Shown here: one piece after another, positions 50,010 through 62,111 of the stretch
How the letters are laid out: every line of letters starts with the position of its first letter
Numbering within the stretch: position 1 is the stretch's first letter
Assembly (NCBI GenBank): GCA_051313645.2
Contig: JBNRSN020000001.1
Location: forward strand, 105,400,001-105,464,000
DNA length: 64,000 nt
Direction: 5' to 3'
Source: Centroscyllium fabricii
Lineage: Eukaryota
Position numbers and translations under genes: made by a program
The notes under the pieces: model-generated
Told to the model about the DNA's origin: nothing
Database searches by the model: none
Seen by the model: the letters and a program-made list of their open reading frames with translations, nothing else

Positions 50010-50672
50010 GTAGCATAGAAAAACAGTAAATGTGCAATGGGAGGCCTTCATAGAGGAGAGAGTTCGGGTGCAGACTAGGCACATTCCCTTGAGGGGGGAA
50101 AGAAGGGCATCCAAAGCTAGAGTTCCCTGGATGACTAAAAAATAGAGATTAAAATGAAACAGAAAAGGAGGCTTATGATAAATGACAGGCTCATAATTCA
50201 GTAAAGAACCAAGCTGAATACAAAAAGTACAGAGGAGAACTGGAAAAGGAAATACAAGGGGCAAAGAGAATGTATGAGAATAGATTCATGGCTAACATAA
50301 AAGGGAACTTAAAGGTCTTTTATAAACATAAATAGTAAAAGGTTAGTCAAAGCAAGGGTGGGCTGATTATGGAACAAAAAGAAGATCTTCTTGTGGAGGC
50401 AGAGGGCATGGCTGAGGTAGTAAATGAGTACTTTACATCTGTCTTCACTAAAGAAGAGGATGCTGCCAATGTCACAGTAAAGGAGGTAGATACATTGGAT
50501 AGGATAAAATAGATAAAGAGTAGGAGCTTAATAGGTTGGCATCAGTCAAAGTAGAAAAGTCACTCGGTCTGGCTGGGATGCATCCTAGGTTAGGGTGAAG
50601 ATAGTAGAGGCTCTGGCCACAATCTTTTTGTCCTCCTTAGATATGGTAGTGGTGTCAGAGGACTGGAGGATT

Positions 50673-50936
50673 AGAAACATAGAAACATAGAAACATAGAA
50701 ACTAGGAGCAGGAGTAGGCCATTCGGCCCTTCGAGCCTGCCCTGCCATTCAATGAGATCATGGCTGATCATCCAAACCCAGTATCCCGCCCCTACCTTGT
50801 CCCCATATCCCTTGATCCCTATTGAGCCTGCATCAACACATATCCCACCCTATCCCCGCAACCCCACATATTCAATCCCCCTAACACTAAGGGTCAATTT
50901 ATCATGGCCAATCAACCTAACCCGCACATCTTTGGA
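50673..50936 (-). mobile_element. 5'-truncated HE1-like V-SINE
   Basis: (AGAAACAT)3 tail; TSD GGATT (50668-50672, 50934-50938); closely matches 2249-2502. Confidence 0.82.
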
Positions 50937-51403
50937 TTGCAAATGTTACACACCTGTTCAAAAAAGGGGAGAGGGATAAACCTGTCAACTACGCTAAACC
51001 TTTATAAATCATTGGTTAGGCCCCAGTTGGAGTATTGTGTCCAATTCTGGGCACCACACTTTAGGAAGGCTGTCAAGGCCTTAGAGAGGGTGCAAAGCAG
51101 ATTTACCAGAACGGTGCCAGGGATGCAGGACTTCCGTCACCTGGAGAGACAAGAGAAGTAGGGGTTGTTCTCCTTAGAGCAGAGAAGGATAAGGGCAGAT
51201 TTAATCGAGCTGTTTAAAACCATGAAGGGTTTTGACAGAGTAAATAAGGGGAAACTGTTTACAGTGGTAGAAAGGTTGGTAACCAAAGGATACAGGTTTA
51301 AGGTAATTGGCAAAAGAACCAAAGACGAGATGAGGAGAAATAGTTTTATGCAAGGAATTGTTATGATCTGGAATGAAAGGGTGGTAGAAGTAGATTCAAT
51401 AAT

Positions 51404-52114
51404 GGGCCAGAAATTGCAGTCTGCCCATATTGGGTTACGCTGCTTCGGGTTTTCCTATGCCGGCCAGCGGGGGGGTTGGAGTTCCTGCGAGATCCAGCGC
51501 AGGAAGCAGCGAACTAGGGTTGCGTCCAGACATTCCGATTTAAAAAAAAACTTTTTCTACAGACCAAGACCAGGAGATTCTACGCTGGGAAAAAGCAGTC
51601 GTAAGTATCCGTTTTTGTCTGGTAAGTGTGTATTTTATTGATTTTAAGTGTTGTTTTTTCAGGTTTTTAATTGTTGTTAACTTTAAAGACAGGTAAGTAT
51701 TTTTTTAGACCTGTTGGAAGTTGAAATTTTTTTCTGTAAATTTAATTTTTTTCTTTAAAATAGGTTATTTGTGTTAGTTGGGGTAATGTTAAAAAATGTG
51801 GTGTTTGTAAAATTTTATTTTTGTGTTTAGATGTCTTTTGGGCAATCTCTCCTTTCAGAACTTGCACAGATTTCTCAGTGGAAGTTTTGAACGGAGAATT
51901 GGTTCCACTGATTGGCTCCCTGCCAATCAGGTGGTCTCAAAAGCCATCTCGCACTAATTACGCCCTTCAGATGCCCATGAAACTCGCACGGAGCTCTGAC
52001 AGGCTGGGCGAACTGCAATTTCTGAGTGCAAAAAAGCAAACCTGAATATGGGCAGTTCAAGCGCGTTAAGCAGGTACTGCACAAGCACGAAGGCTCCACT
52101 GCAATTTCTGGGCC
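51404..52114. mobile_element. PIF/Harbinger-like MITE (711 bp)
   Basis: TIRs GGGCCAGAAATTGCAGT / ACTGCAATTTCTGGGCC; perfect TSD AAT; removal restores the CR1 frame. Confidence 0.9.
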
Positions 52115-52332
52115 AATAACTTTCAAAAGGGAAATGGATAAGTACTTGAAGGAGCAAGATTTGCAGGGCTATGGTGCAAGGGCAGGTGAGTTGGCTAATT
52201 AGATAGCTCTTTCAAAGAGCTGGCATAGGTACAATGGGCCAAATGACCTCCTGCGCTGTATCATTCTATTCTAACAGATCGTTTCAGTCCCTCCAATGTT
52301 TTTGTCCTCTTCTGAAGGTGCTGGCTTGATGA

Positions 52333-52570
52333 AAAGTACCTAAACCAAGTGGTCATTCTTCATGTTTGAGTCTAGGCAGTCCATTTGACCGTGGGGGTCA
52401 TCACGACTCATCCCAATCCCATCCTCAACTAACATGCATACCCACTTTCTAGCTAAAGTCATTACAAAATGGAGTAACAACTCTGGCTTATTTCCCCCCG
52501 CTCCAGTACAGGGAGGCTGAAGACAACTGCAGTGCCCTTCTTGCCACCTGGACTACGATCAGCTAACTTT
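52333..52570 (-). mobile_element. Old SINE-like repeat (family of 25850-26168)
   Basis: CCAAGTGGTCATTCTTCATGTTTGAGTCTAG..CTGGCTTATTT..GATCAGCTAACT. Confidence 0.6.
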
Positions 52571-52634
52571 AAAAAATAGATATGGAAGAAAGAAGAAGAA
52601 GCAAGAGGAAACAGTGAAAAAGGGAGGCAAACAG

Positions 52635-53305
52635 AAATATAGAAACATAGAAGATAGGAGCAGAAGTAGGTCATTCAGCCCCTCGAGCCTGCTCCGCCAT
52701 TCAATGAGATCATGGCTGATCATCCACATTCAGTACCCTGTCCCTGCCTTCTCCCCATATCCCTTGATCCCTTCAGCCTTAAGGAATATATCCAACTCCT
52801 TCTTGAATATATTTAATGAACTGGCCTCCACCGCCCTCTGTGGCAGAGAATTCCACAGGTTCACCACTCTCTGGGTGAAGAAATTCCTCCTCATCTCAGT
52901 CTTAAATGGCCTACCCCTTATCCTTAGACTATGACCCTTGGTTCTGGACTCCCCGGCCATCGGGAACATCCTTCATGCATCTAGTCTGTCCAGGCCTGAC
53001 AGAACTTTATAGGTTTTGATGAGATCCCCTCTCAATCTTCTAAACCCCAGTGAGTATAAGCCCAATCGACCCAATCTCTCCTCATACGTCATTCCTGCCA
53101 TCCCAGGTATCAGCCTGGTGAATCTTTGCTGCACTCCTTCCATGGCAAGAACATCCTTCCTCAGATAAGGCAACCAAAATTGCACACAATACTCGAGGTG
53201 TGGTCTCACCAAGGCCCTGTACAGCTGCAACAAGACATCTTTGTTCCTGTACTCAAATCGTCTTGCTACGAAGGCCAACATACCATTTGCCTTCTTAACT
53301 GCCTG
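52635..53305 (-). mobile_element. CR1 3' fragment of the CR1-a subfamily
   Basis: ORFs 52973-53281 and 52730-52969 closely match 5790-6450. Confidence 0.9.
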
Positions 53306-54157
53306 TCATTGAAACATTTTAGTTTTTACTTAGAATTGTTTTAAAGGGCATATTCCATTGTTGTAACATCAGTGTTATAGTAAGAAAGCTACTAAGCAAC
53401 ATAATAGTAATATGTGTATGCTGCAGCACCATTGAATGTTTCAGTACTACAGTGTGTGGACTGTAATCTCAGGAAGAAATAGCTGACTCTGTGAACACAC
53501 GATTCCCTGGGGCTGCTGGCAGTCAGTCTATATTTGTATCTCACATCTGGCCAGTAGTTTCAATGGAATGCAAAAATAAATCAATAATCTTCTAGGACGA
53601 CCAATTAATACCAACCAAATTTCATTCAGTGGATCTTCTTTTGCAATCCTCGCCGTTCCCGTTGAGATTAAAACAATAGAAAGCACTCATCTCTCCATGA
53701 AGAAGCAAGTTCCTTTTCTAAATTGTGAGAGTCCTTACTTACTGAATACGTGGTCAGATGCTTGGCTGTCAAAATCAATAAACAACTGCTGAAGCCTGTT
53801 GTGCGCTGCAACCCAAGTGTGAAATATAACAGCTAAAGAGTACAAGCTGTCATGCCTCCCATGGGAAGGTCAGTAAGTACACCTTATGGTCTTCAAACTG
53901 TGAGACACAGAGATTGGAAGTTATTTTATTAAATACTTCAATGTATGTATGTTAAAGTTTGATTTCTTTTCTTTCCCAGCCTCTAACTTTGCCATACAAT
54001 GTTTAGTCTGGAGGTTGGGCAAATGCAAACCTTAAATACCTCTGCGACTATCCACACTATTATTTTGTTGACATACTAGGAGGCATATGAATAGGACAAT
54101 GCCTGCCAAACCAGTTTACCCTTCTTCCCTGGACAAGTCAGTTAATACCAACAAGCT

Positions 54158-54287
54158 ACAAAAGCAAAATACTGCAGATGCTGAAAATCTGAAATAAAAA
54201 CAGAAAATGCTGGAAATATTCAGCAGGTCAGGCAGCATCTGTGGAGAGAAACAGAGTTAACAATTCAGGTCAATGACCCTTCGTCAG
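54158..54287 (-). mobile_element. Short Penelope-derived insert (hammerhead GAAAC mutated)
   Basis: Minus strand CTGACGAAGGGTCATTGACCTGAATTGTT; 14-bp TSD with 1 mismatch (54144-54157, 54288-54301). Confidence 0.82.
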
Positions 54288-55070
54288 AATAACAACAAGC
54301 TCATCCTTTGAGTGTGAATCTGTCAAAACTGGTATACAAACTCAGGCATTCTTGTTGGCAGTCCACCACTCAAGCATTACAGCTACCTCTTGTGTGCTTC
54401 TACAAGCTAGTAGACCTGTTGTGCTGTTGCTCATGGCTAGTCCAGGACTTGAAGTGAAGTATCTGAAGTTTACTATGATCTGCTTCAGTCCAAGCATGAC
54501 AATGCTTTGCTCATCATTGTAGAGCAGTGAATTTGCTGAAGCCATATATCACATGACAGAACACAAAGTAAAAATATATTATACTTTACTAATGCTGAAA
54601 AATAAAGGCCTCACAGTCATAACTGTAATAACATTTATCTACAATTTTACAAAATTTGCTTCTGATGCAAATAACTTTATTCCAGGATTCTCCTAAACCT
54701 TTTATTCCCAGTTATTTACATTATTTTATTTTGCTATTGTGGCGGCACGCCCACTGAGACATCGAATCCGCCACGGGGACTCCGCGGAGCAAAGCCCCGC
54801 TCATCCGGGTGACGCGACGACGTCATCACATCGGCCGACGCGATGATGTCACCAACCGCGGGACTGTTTAAATACGATTGCTGCGAGTGGTTCGCTCTCT
54901 TTCTTGTTTGACTTAGTGTAATAAAGCTGTGTTTTCTCTAGCTCTGGCTCACGTGTGGTTCCTAGGCCTGCCGGCGCTACACTGGTGACCCCGAACTGGA
55001 ACGACTTCCAGTGAAGAAAAAGCTGCCGCAGGATCTGGGACCACCAGCCAAAGACTTTTTTAAAGAAAGC

Positions 55071-58000
55071 ATGGTAAACCCAAGAAACCAAGCTCCACGA
55101 ACGCAGGGAGCTGGCCAGAACGCCGGACGTGGACTAACTCTACCCGAGTTCTGGGAGCAACGGCCAGCGGCCTGGTTTATGTGTATCGAGACCAGCTACC
55201 GCACACATGGCATTCAAGGGGACGACCGCTACGACCTGGTGTTCTCAGCCCTTCCACAGACGACGATCGATCGGATGTGGTCAAAAATACAGCGTGTGCC
55301 CATCGCAGGCAGGTATGAAACCCTTAAGGCCGCGCTTATCAAAAAATTTACCCCCTCCCAATTTGAGCGTGACTGCCAGCTCCTCGACCTCCCCGAGCTC
55401 GGGGACGCAGACCCATTGGACCTCTTAGGTCAGATGCAAGCGCTCACACCCAACCCGGCCTCCCTCTTCCGCACCGTCTTCCTCCTTAAACTGCCCCGCG
55501 CCATCAGACCGGCCTTGGCGGCTCTTGGCCATCGGAGCGATGACGAGCTCGGAGAGGAAGCCGACAGGCTCATGGAGGCCCAGCGCACCCGCTCAACCAC
55601 GTGCGACCCTAACTCCGCATCGGTAGAGCGCAGCCAATCACCCCCCAGGCATAACTTTACGCCTGAACCTAGGGCCCCGCGCAGGGCCGGCTCAAGGTAT
55701 TTGGGGGCCCCAAACAAGGTATTTTGGGGGCCCCAAACAAGGTATTTTGGGGGCCCCAAACAAGGTATTTGGGGGCCCCAAACAAGGTATTTTGGGGGCC
55801 CCCAAATCGGGGGCCCTAAACAAATGTTTACATCGTTTATATGGTAGGGCCGGCCCTGGCCCCGCGCCCACCCAGACAACCGCGTCCCTCTAGCACCGGC
55901 TGGTGCTACTACCACACGCGGTTCGACCACAAAGCGCACCGCTGCGTCCAGCCATGCGCGTTCAAGCCACGGCCCAACTCAGCCCCCACCATGTCTGTAG
56001 GCCACACAGGAGCACTGCTCTTCACCACAGACAGCGGCACAGGCCTCAGGTTCCTCTGCGACACAGGCGCGCAGCACAGCATCGTGCCAGCCTCCCCAGC
56101 AGAAACCAAACAAGGCACCCGGGGCCCGCCACTAGCGGCAGCCAACGGCTCCAACATAAAAACGTACGGCACCCGCAAGTTAACCATTACCCTTGCAAGC
56201 CACGCGTACACCTGGGAGTTTATAACGGCCCAGGTCACCTCACCCCTCCTCGGGGCAGACTTCCTCTGCGCCTACGGCCTACTGGTCGACGTAACTCGGC
56301 GCCGCTTGGTAAATATAAATACCATGATGACCATCCCATGCTCCACAGGGCCCGCACTCCTGGCCCACACGGCAGCCCAATGCCGCTCCAGGGACTCCGA
56401 TGCCTACGGCACACTCCTGGCAGAGTTCCCCGCCCTAACCAACCCCACGTTCACCGCCCGCAAGGCCAAATACGGGGTGGAACATTTTATCACAACCACA
56501 GGCACGCCCGTCCATGCCCACGCCCGTAGGCTCGACCCGGCCAAGCAGGAGATCGCGCGCACCGAGTTCCGCACCATGGAGCAACTCGGCATTATCCGCC
56601 GCTCCAGCAGCCCCTGGTCCTCTCTGCTCCACATAGCCCCCAAGCCCGACGGAGGCTGGCGCCCCTGCGGCGACTACCGCCGCCTCAACAACGCCACTAC
56701 CCCGGATAGGTACCCCGTACCCCACATCCAGGATTTTTCCGCCAGATTAGCGGGCTGTACGATCTTTTCCAAGATCGACCTGGTGCGTGGCTACCACCAG
56801 GTTCCGGTGCACCCGGCGGACATTCCTAAAACGGCCGTTATTAACCCTTCGGACTCTTCGAGTTCCTTAGAATGCCCTTTGGCCTTAAAAACGCGGCCCA
56901 GGCCTCCCAGCGCCTCATGGACTCAGTCCTACGGGACTTGAAGTTCATCTTCGTCTATTTAGACGACATCCTCGTGGCCAGCACCTCCTCCCAGGAACAC
57001 CTCCTGCACCTCAGGACCCTGTTCCATCGCCTTACTGAACACGGCCTTATCTTAAGCCCCACTAAATGTAAATTTGGCCTCGAGACTATTGACTTCCTCG
57101 GCCACCGCATTTCCCAAACAGGGGCCATACCCCTGCCCTCTAAGGTGCAGGCGGTACAAGAATTCCCCCGCCCGCACTCCATTAAAGGGCTGCAGGAATT
57201 CTTAGGCATGGTTAATTTTTCTAACCACTTTATCCCGGGAGCAGCCGCTCTCATGGCCCCCTTATACCAGGCCACCCGCGGGCAGTCCAACAAGGCTGCG
57301 GTCGAGTGGACGGCCGACGCCGCCACCGCCTTCACCGCAACTAAAACCGCCCTGGCAAACGCCACTCTCCTAGCCCACCCTAGGCCCAACGCCAGAGTAG
57401 CCCTCACCACCGACGCCTCTGACCACGCGGTCGGGGCCGTATTTGAGCAGTGGACCGGCAACTCGTGGCAGCCCCTGGCCTTTTTCAGCCAGCAATTCCG
57501 ACCCCCAGAGGTTAAATACAATGCCTTTGATAGGGAGCTACTCGCTCTCCATCTGGCAGTGCAACACTTTCGTTTCCTCTTGGAGGGCCGCCACTTCACA
57601 GCCTTCAGCGACCACAAGCCACTCACGTTTGCGATGGCTAAGGTCGCTGAACCCTGGTCGGCCAGGCAGCAGCGCCAACTCGCGGCCGTGTCGGAATTTA
57701 CAACCGACATCCAGCACATTTCTGGCCGTGACAACGTGGTCGCTGACTGCCTCTCACGCCCCACCATTAACGCCGCCCAAATGGCGGTCGATTACGCCCA
57801 GCTGGCCACTGACCAGCTGGCCGACCCTGACCTACTCAACGCAGCAACCAATCTCCCCGGCCTCCACTTGGCCAATATCGCGCACGGCCCCGCTGCCACC
57901 GTCGTCTGCTGCGACGTATCCTTGCCGCAACCCAGGCCAGTCGTACCCCACGCTTGGAGGCGACACATATTTAGTACCCTCCATGACCTGTCCCACCCCG

Positions 58001-59145
58001 GCGCCCGCGCATCCATTAAATTAATATCGGCCCGATTCGTATGGCGCGGCCTGCGCAAGGACGTCCGCACCTGGGCCAGCTCCTGCATAGCCTGCCAGCG
58101 CTCCAAAGTGCATAAGCAGATCAGGGCACCGCTGGAAAATTTTAAACTGCCGGCCAGACGTTTTGACCATGTCCACATCAATCTCGTCGGGCCACTACCG
58201 CCATCCCGGGGCCACACGCACCTAATGACCATGGCCGACCGCAACACTCGCTGGCCAGAAGCAGTCCCCCTCACCGCCACCAGCACCACGGACTTGGCCA
58301 GGGCGTTCATCGCCACCTGGGTCGCCCGCTTCGGCGTGCCCACAGACATCACCTCCGACAGAGGACCCCAATTTACGTCGGCATTATGGGCGGCCATCGC
58401 CCGCGACCTCGGGGTGACACTACACCGAACCACCGCATACCACCCACAGGCGAACGGCCTATGCGAACGGTTCCACCGCTCGATGAAGGCATCACTACGG
58501 GCCACACTAAAAGACGCATCGTGGACCGACCGCCTTCCATGGGTCCTCCTCGGGCTGCGCTCAGCAGTCAAAGAAGACCTCAACGCCTCGGCAGCGGAGC
58601 TCATCTACGGCCAAACTTTAACGGTGCCGGGCGAGTTCCTGGCAGAGCCCAATGCTCCCTGGTCAGCCGACCAGTATTTAAAGGGTTTTGCCAACCCGGC
58701 ATGAGCTTTCCAGCCACTACCAGTGGCCCGGCACGGAGATCCGGCAGCTCGGGTGCCGGACAACATTAAAAACGCGAAATTCGTGTTCGTCCGGCGCGAC
58801 GGACACCGATCTCCACTACAGCCACCTTATGATGGCCCCTACAGAGTGCTTCGGGCGGGAGCTAAAGCTTTCGAGTTACAAATGGGCAACAGGACTGACA
58901 CTGTGACAATAGACCGGCTCAAGCCGGCACACGTGATAGCGGGTGAGACCACGGTCCCCACACAACCACCACAACGCGGTCGCCCTCCCGCAACAAAACC
59001 TGCCCACACTCCACCGCAGAACCAGAGGCTACAAGCAACACGGTCCGGCCGCATCATCCGGCCACCCCAACGGCACAACATAGTCTCTGTCACTATTCCT
59101 CCCGGACGGATTCTGGGGGGAGCTGTGTGGCGGCACGCCCACTGA
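55071..59145 (+). pseudogene. Element B gag-pol, broken by a hAT MITE, a frameshift near 56845, a stop at 58702 and an integrase D>N change
   Basis: ORF pieces 55011-55847, 55841-56941, 56872-58704, 58723-59145 are collinear with element A; VHINL versus VHVDL. Confidence 0.92.
55682..55858. mobile_element. hAT (Tip100-like) MITE, 177 bp, with five 22-25-bp internal tandem units
   Basis: TIR CAGGGCCGGC / GCCGGCCCTG; perfect 8-bp TSD GCCCCGCG (55674-55681, 55859-55866); unit CAAGGTATTTTGGGGGCCCCAAA. Confidence 0.92.
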
Positions 59146-59559
59146 GACATCGAATCCGCCACGGGGACTCCGCGGAGCAAAGCCCCGCTCATCCGGGTGA
59201 CGCGATGACGTCACCAACCGCGGGACTGTTTAAATACGATTGCTGCGAGTGGTTCACTCTCTTTCTTGTTTGACTTAGTGTAATAAAGCTGTGTTTTCTC
59301 TAGCTCTGGCTCACGTGTGGTTCCTAGGCCTGCCGGCGCTACACTATACCCCACGCAAAGGATCTCTGTTTTTTGCTTTCAGTGTAGCATTACTTGGGGA
59401 TCATTTTATTTTTAATTTCTTCCACTGCTCATACCAGATTGTTACAGTACATAACGGTCTTGTATTTCCATAGAAGTAGGATGGAAATGACAACTCCCAT
59501 GAGGCATCTCTCTCACATATCTATTGAGCTGTATATATATATATAATGTATATTTTAAT

Positions 59560-61495
59560 TAATTCTCAGGATGTGGGTGTCATTAGCAAGGCCAGCATTT
59601 ATTCCCCATCTCTAGTTGTCCTTGAGAAAGTGGTGATGAGTCTTCTTGAACCATTGTGGTCGGTGTGGGGAAAGTACTCTCACAGTGCTGTTAGGGAGTT
59701 CCAGGATTTTGACTCAGCAATAATGAAAGAAGTTCAAGTCACCTGCTGCCCTTGCCCTTCTAGGCAGTGGAGGTTGCGGGTTTGGTAGGTGCTGCCAAAT
59801 AAGCCTTGGCAAGTTGCTCTGGATAAGCTATGGTACGCTGGTGAAGGGAGCGGATGCTTTAGATGTTGGATGGGCAGCCAATCAAACGGACTGCTTTGTT
59901 CTGAATGGCGTCAAGCTTCTTGAGTGTTGTTGCAGCTGCTTCCATCCAGGCAAGTGAAGCGCATTCCATTACACTCCTGACTTGTGTCCTGTAGGTTGTG
60001 ATGAGGCTTTGGGGAGTTGGGAGGTGAGACACTCGCCGCAGAATATCCAGCCTTTAACCTGTTGTAGCCACAGCATTTAGGTGGCTGGTCCAGTTGAGAT
60101 TCTGGTCAATGGTGACCCCCAGGATGTTGATGGTGGCAGCTTTGGTGATGGTAATTCCATTTAATATCAAGGGGAGGTGGTTAGACTCACTCTCGTTGGA
60201 GATGGTCATTGCCTGACACTTGGCACAAATATTACTTGCTACTCTTCAGCCCAAGTCTGGTGTTGTCCAGGTCTTTCTGCATGTGATCATGGATTGCTTC
60301 ATTATCGAAGGAATTGTGAATAGAGCTGAACACTGTTCAATCATCAGTGAAAAGCCCCACTTCTGATCTTATGATGGAGAGAAGGTCATTGGTGAAACTG
60401 CTGTAGAAAGTTGGGCCTAGGGAGCTGCCTTTAAGAACTCTTGCAGCAATGTCCTGGGGTTGAGATGATTGGCCTCCAACAACTGCAACCATCTTCCTTT
60501 GTGCTAGGTATGACTCAGCCACTGGAAAGTTTTCCCCTAGACCCCTTTGACTTCAGTTTTGCTAAGGCTCCTTGTGTCACACTAACTGAAATGCTGACTT
60601 GATGGCAAGGGCAGTCACTCCACCTCACACGTGGAATTTAGGTCTTTTGTCCATGTTTGGACCAAGGCTGTAAAGAGGTTTGGAGCTGAGTGGTCCTGGC
60701 CAAACCCAAACTGAGCATTGGCGAGCAGATTTGTGGTGAGTAAGTGCCACTTGATAGTACTGTCAGTGACACATTCCATCACTTTGCTGATGATTGAGAG
60801 GAGGCTTGTAGGATGGTAATTGGCTGGGTTGAAATTGCCCTGCTTTTTATGGTCAGGACATACTTGGGCAATTTTCTACATGGTTGATTAAATGGCAATG
60901 TTGTAGCTATGCTGGAATGGCTTGGCTAGACGTGCAGCTTGTTCTGGAGCATGGGTCTTCAGCACTACAGCTAGGCTGTTGCCGGATCCCGTAGCCTTTG
61001 CTGTATCCAGTGCACTCAACTGTTTCTTGATATCATGTTGAAGACTTGCATCTGTGATGGTGGGGTTCTGAGGAGGAGGGCGAGAAGGATCATGCACTTG
61101 GCACCTCTAGATGAAGATGGTTGTGAACACTTCAGCCTTGTCTTTTACACTTACATGCTGCACTCCACCATCATTGAGGATGGGGATGTTCATGGAGCCT
61201 CCTCCTCCCATTAGTTGCATAATTGTCCACCATCATTCCTGACTGGATGTGGCAGGACTGCAGGGCTTTCACCTGCTCTGTTGATTGTGGGATCACTCAA
61301 CTCTATTTATAGTATGCTGCTTCCACTGTTTAGCATGTAACTAATTTTTAGCTACACATGGTGCTACTCCTGGCATGCTCTTCTACACTCCTCATTGAAC
61401 TAGCATCATCTGGTCATTTGGTCATGGTGATGGAGGAATGAGGGATATGCCGAGCCATGAGGTTACAGATTGTGGTGAATACAATTCTGCTGCAG
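59560..61495 (-). mobile_element. Old, internally deleted non-LTR retrotransposon (CR1/L2 group)
   Basis: LSALDTAKATG..VVLK; VVGGQSS..KGSSLGPTF..TNDL..LFTDD (RT); characteristic 3' UTR at 59560-59720. Confidence 0.8.
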
Positions 61496-61839
61496 CCTTG
61501 AATCTCGGCCTGGAGAGACAAGTACATCAAATCTGCTGGGAAGAACAATGGAGAGATTCAGGGAAGGAGCTGAGAGTGCAGCCCCCACAATCTCTTCTAA
61601 ATCAATGCAAGGAAGGGCAAATCAAAATGAACCTGCAAAGTACTGCTCAGTACCCAAAACTCATTCACACAGTGTTGAATCTCTCCAGAAGTCTCTCCCT
61701 CTCTCAGAATGCGTGGTACAAAAATGTCACCAACAAAAAAAGGCAGGAAGCAGTCACCTTTAAATAGTGCTCCCCCAGTCCCTTTCTGACTGCAAAATGC
61801 TCCCCTCAACCTATCGTTGTTGGCGGCAGGTGGTAAGGC

Positions 61840-62072
61840 AGGGGGCACCACTCAATATCCAGTCCGGGGTGCTACCAGGGCATTGCGCACTTGAATGACG
61901 TCACCATTTGCCAGCACAGGAGATTGTGGCGGTATATAGCGCCGCCGCAAAATGTCTAGTTAATTTCACAAGTGGCACAAACATTGCCACATCTCAGCCG
62001 TGAGTTGCTTTGCGTCCCATTAGTGCCCTCTTAAGGCACTAATGGGAGGTGTAAACAACTGAATTTTCCCCC
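61840..62072. mobile_element. Right end of a Harbinger-like MITE
   Basis: Terminal CTGAATTTTCCCCC followed by AAT; internal hairpin TCCCATTAGTGCC..GGCACTAATGGGA; left TIR not found. Confidence 0.5.
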
Positions 62073-62111
62073 AATGTTTCTTGCACAAAAAACAGTTGTT
62101 TGCTGCACTTT

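Larger units (their letters stand above)
50010..52272 (+). mobile_element. Decayed CR1 (CR1-c) with the RT core deleted near 50990; hosts a SINE and a MITE
   Basis: PWMT, YFTSVFT, EDWRIANVT, then directly LYKSLVRPQLEYCVQFW; tail GGGCCAAATGACCTCCTGCGCTGTATCATTCTAT. Confidence 0.85.
54738..59343 (+). mobile_element. Ty3/Gypsy LTR retrotransposon B, CsRn1/Kabuki-like clade
   Basis: LTRs at 54738-54981 (244 bp) and 59126-59343 (218 bp); TSD CTAT; PBS TGGTGACCCCGA at 54983; PPT before 59126. Confidence 0.95.

Noticed and set aside
55693-55807. Palindromic 22-25-bp direct repeats resembling a CRISPR array
   Set aside because: No spacers, vertebrate context, and enclosed by hAT TIRs with an 8-bp TSD
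46108-58769. Many overlapping and antisense ORFs within the two Gypsy elements
   Set aside because: Expected shadows of GC-rich coding sequence; no recognisable domains
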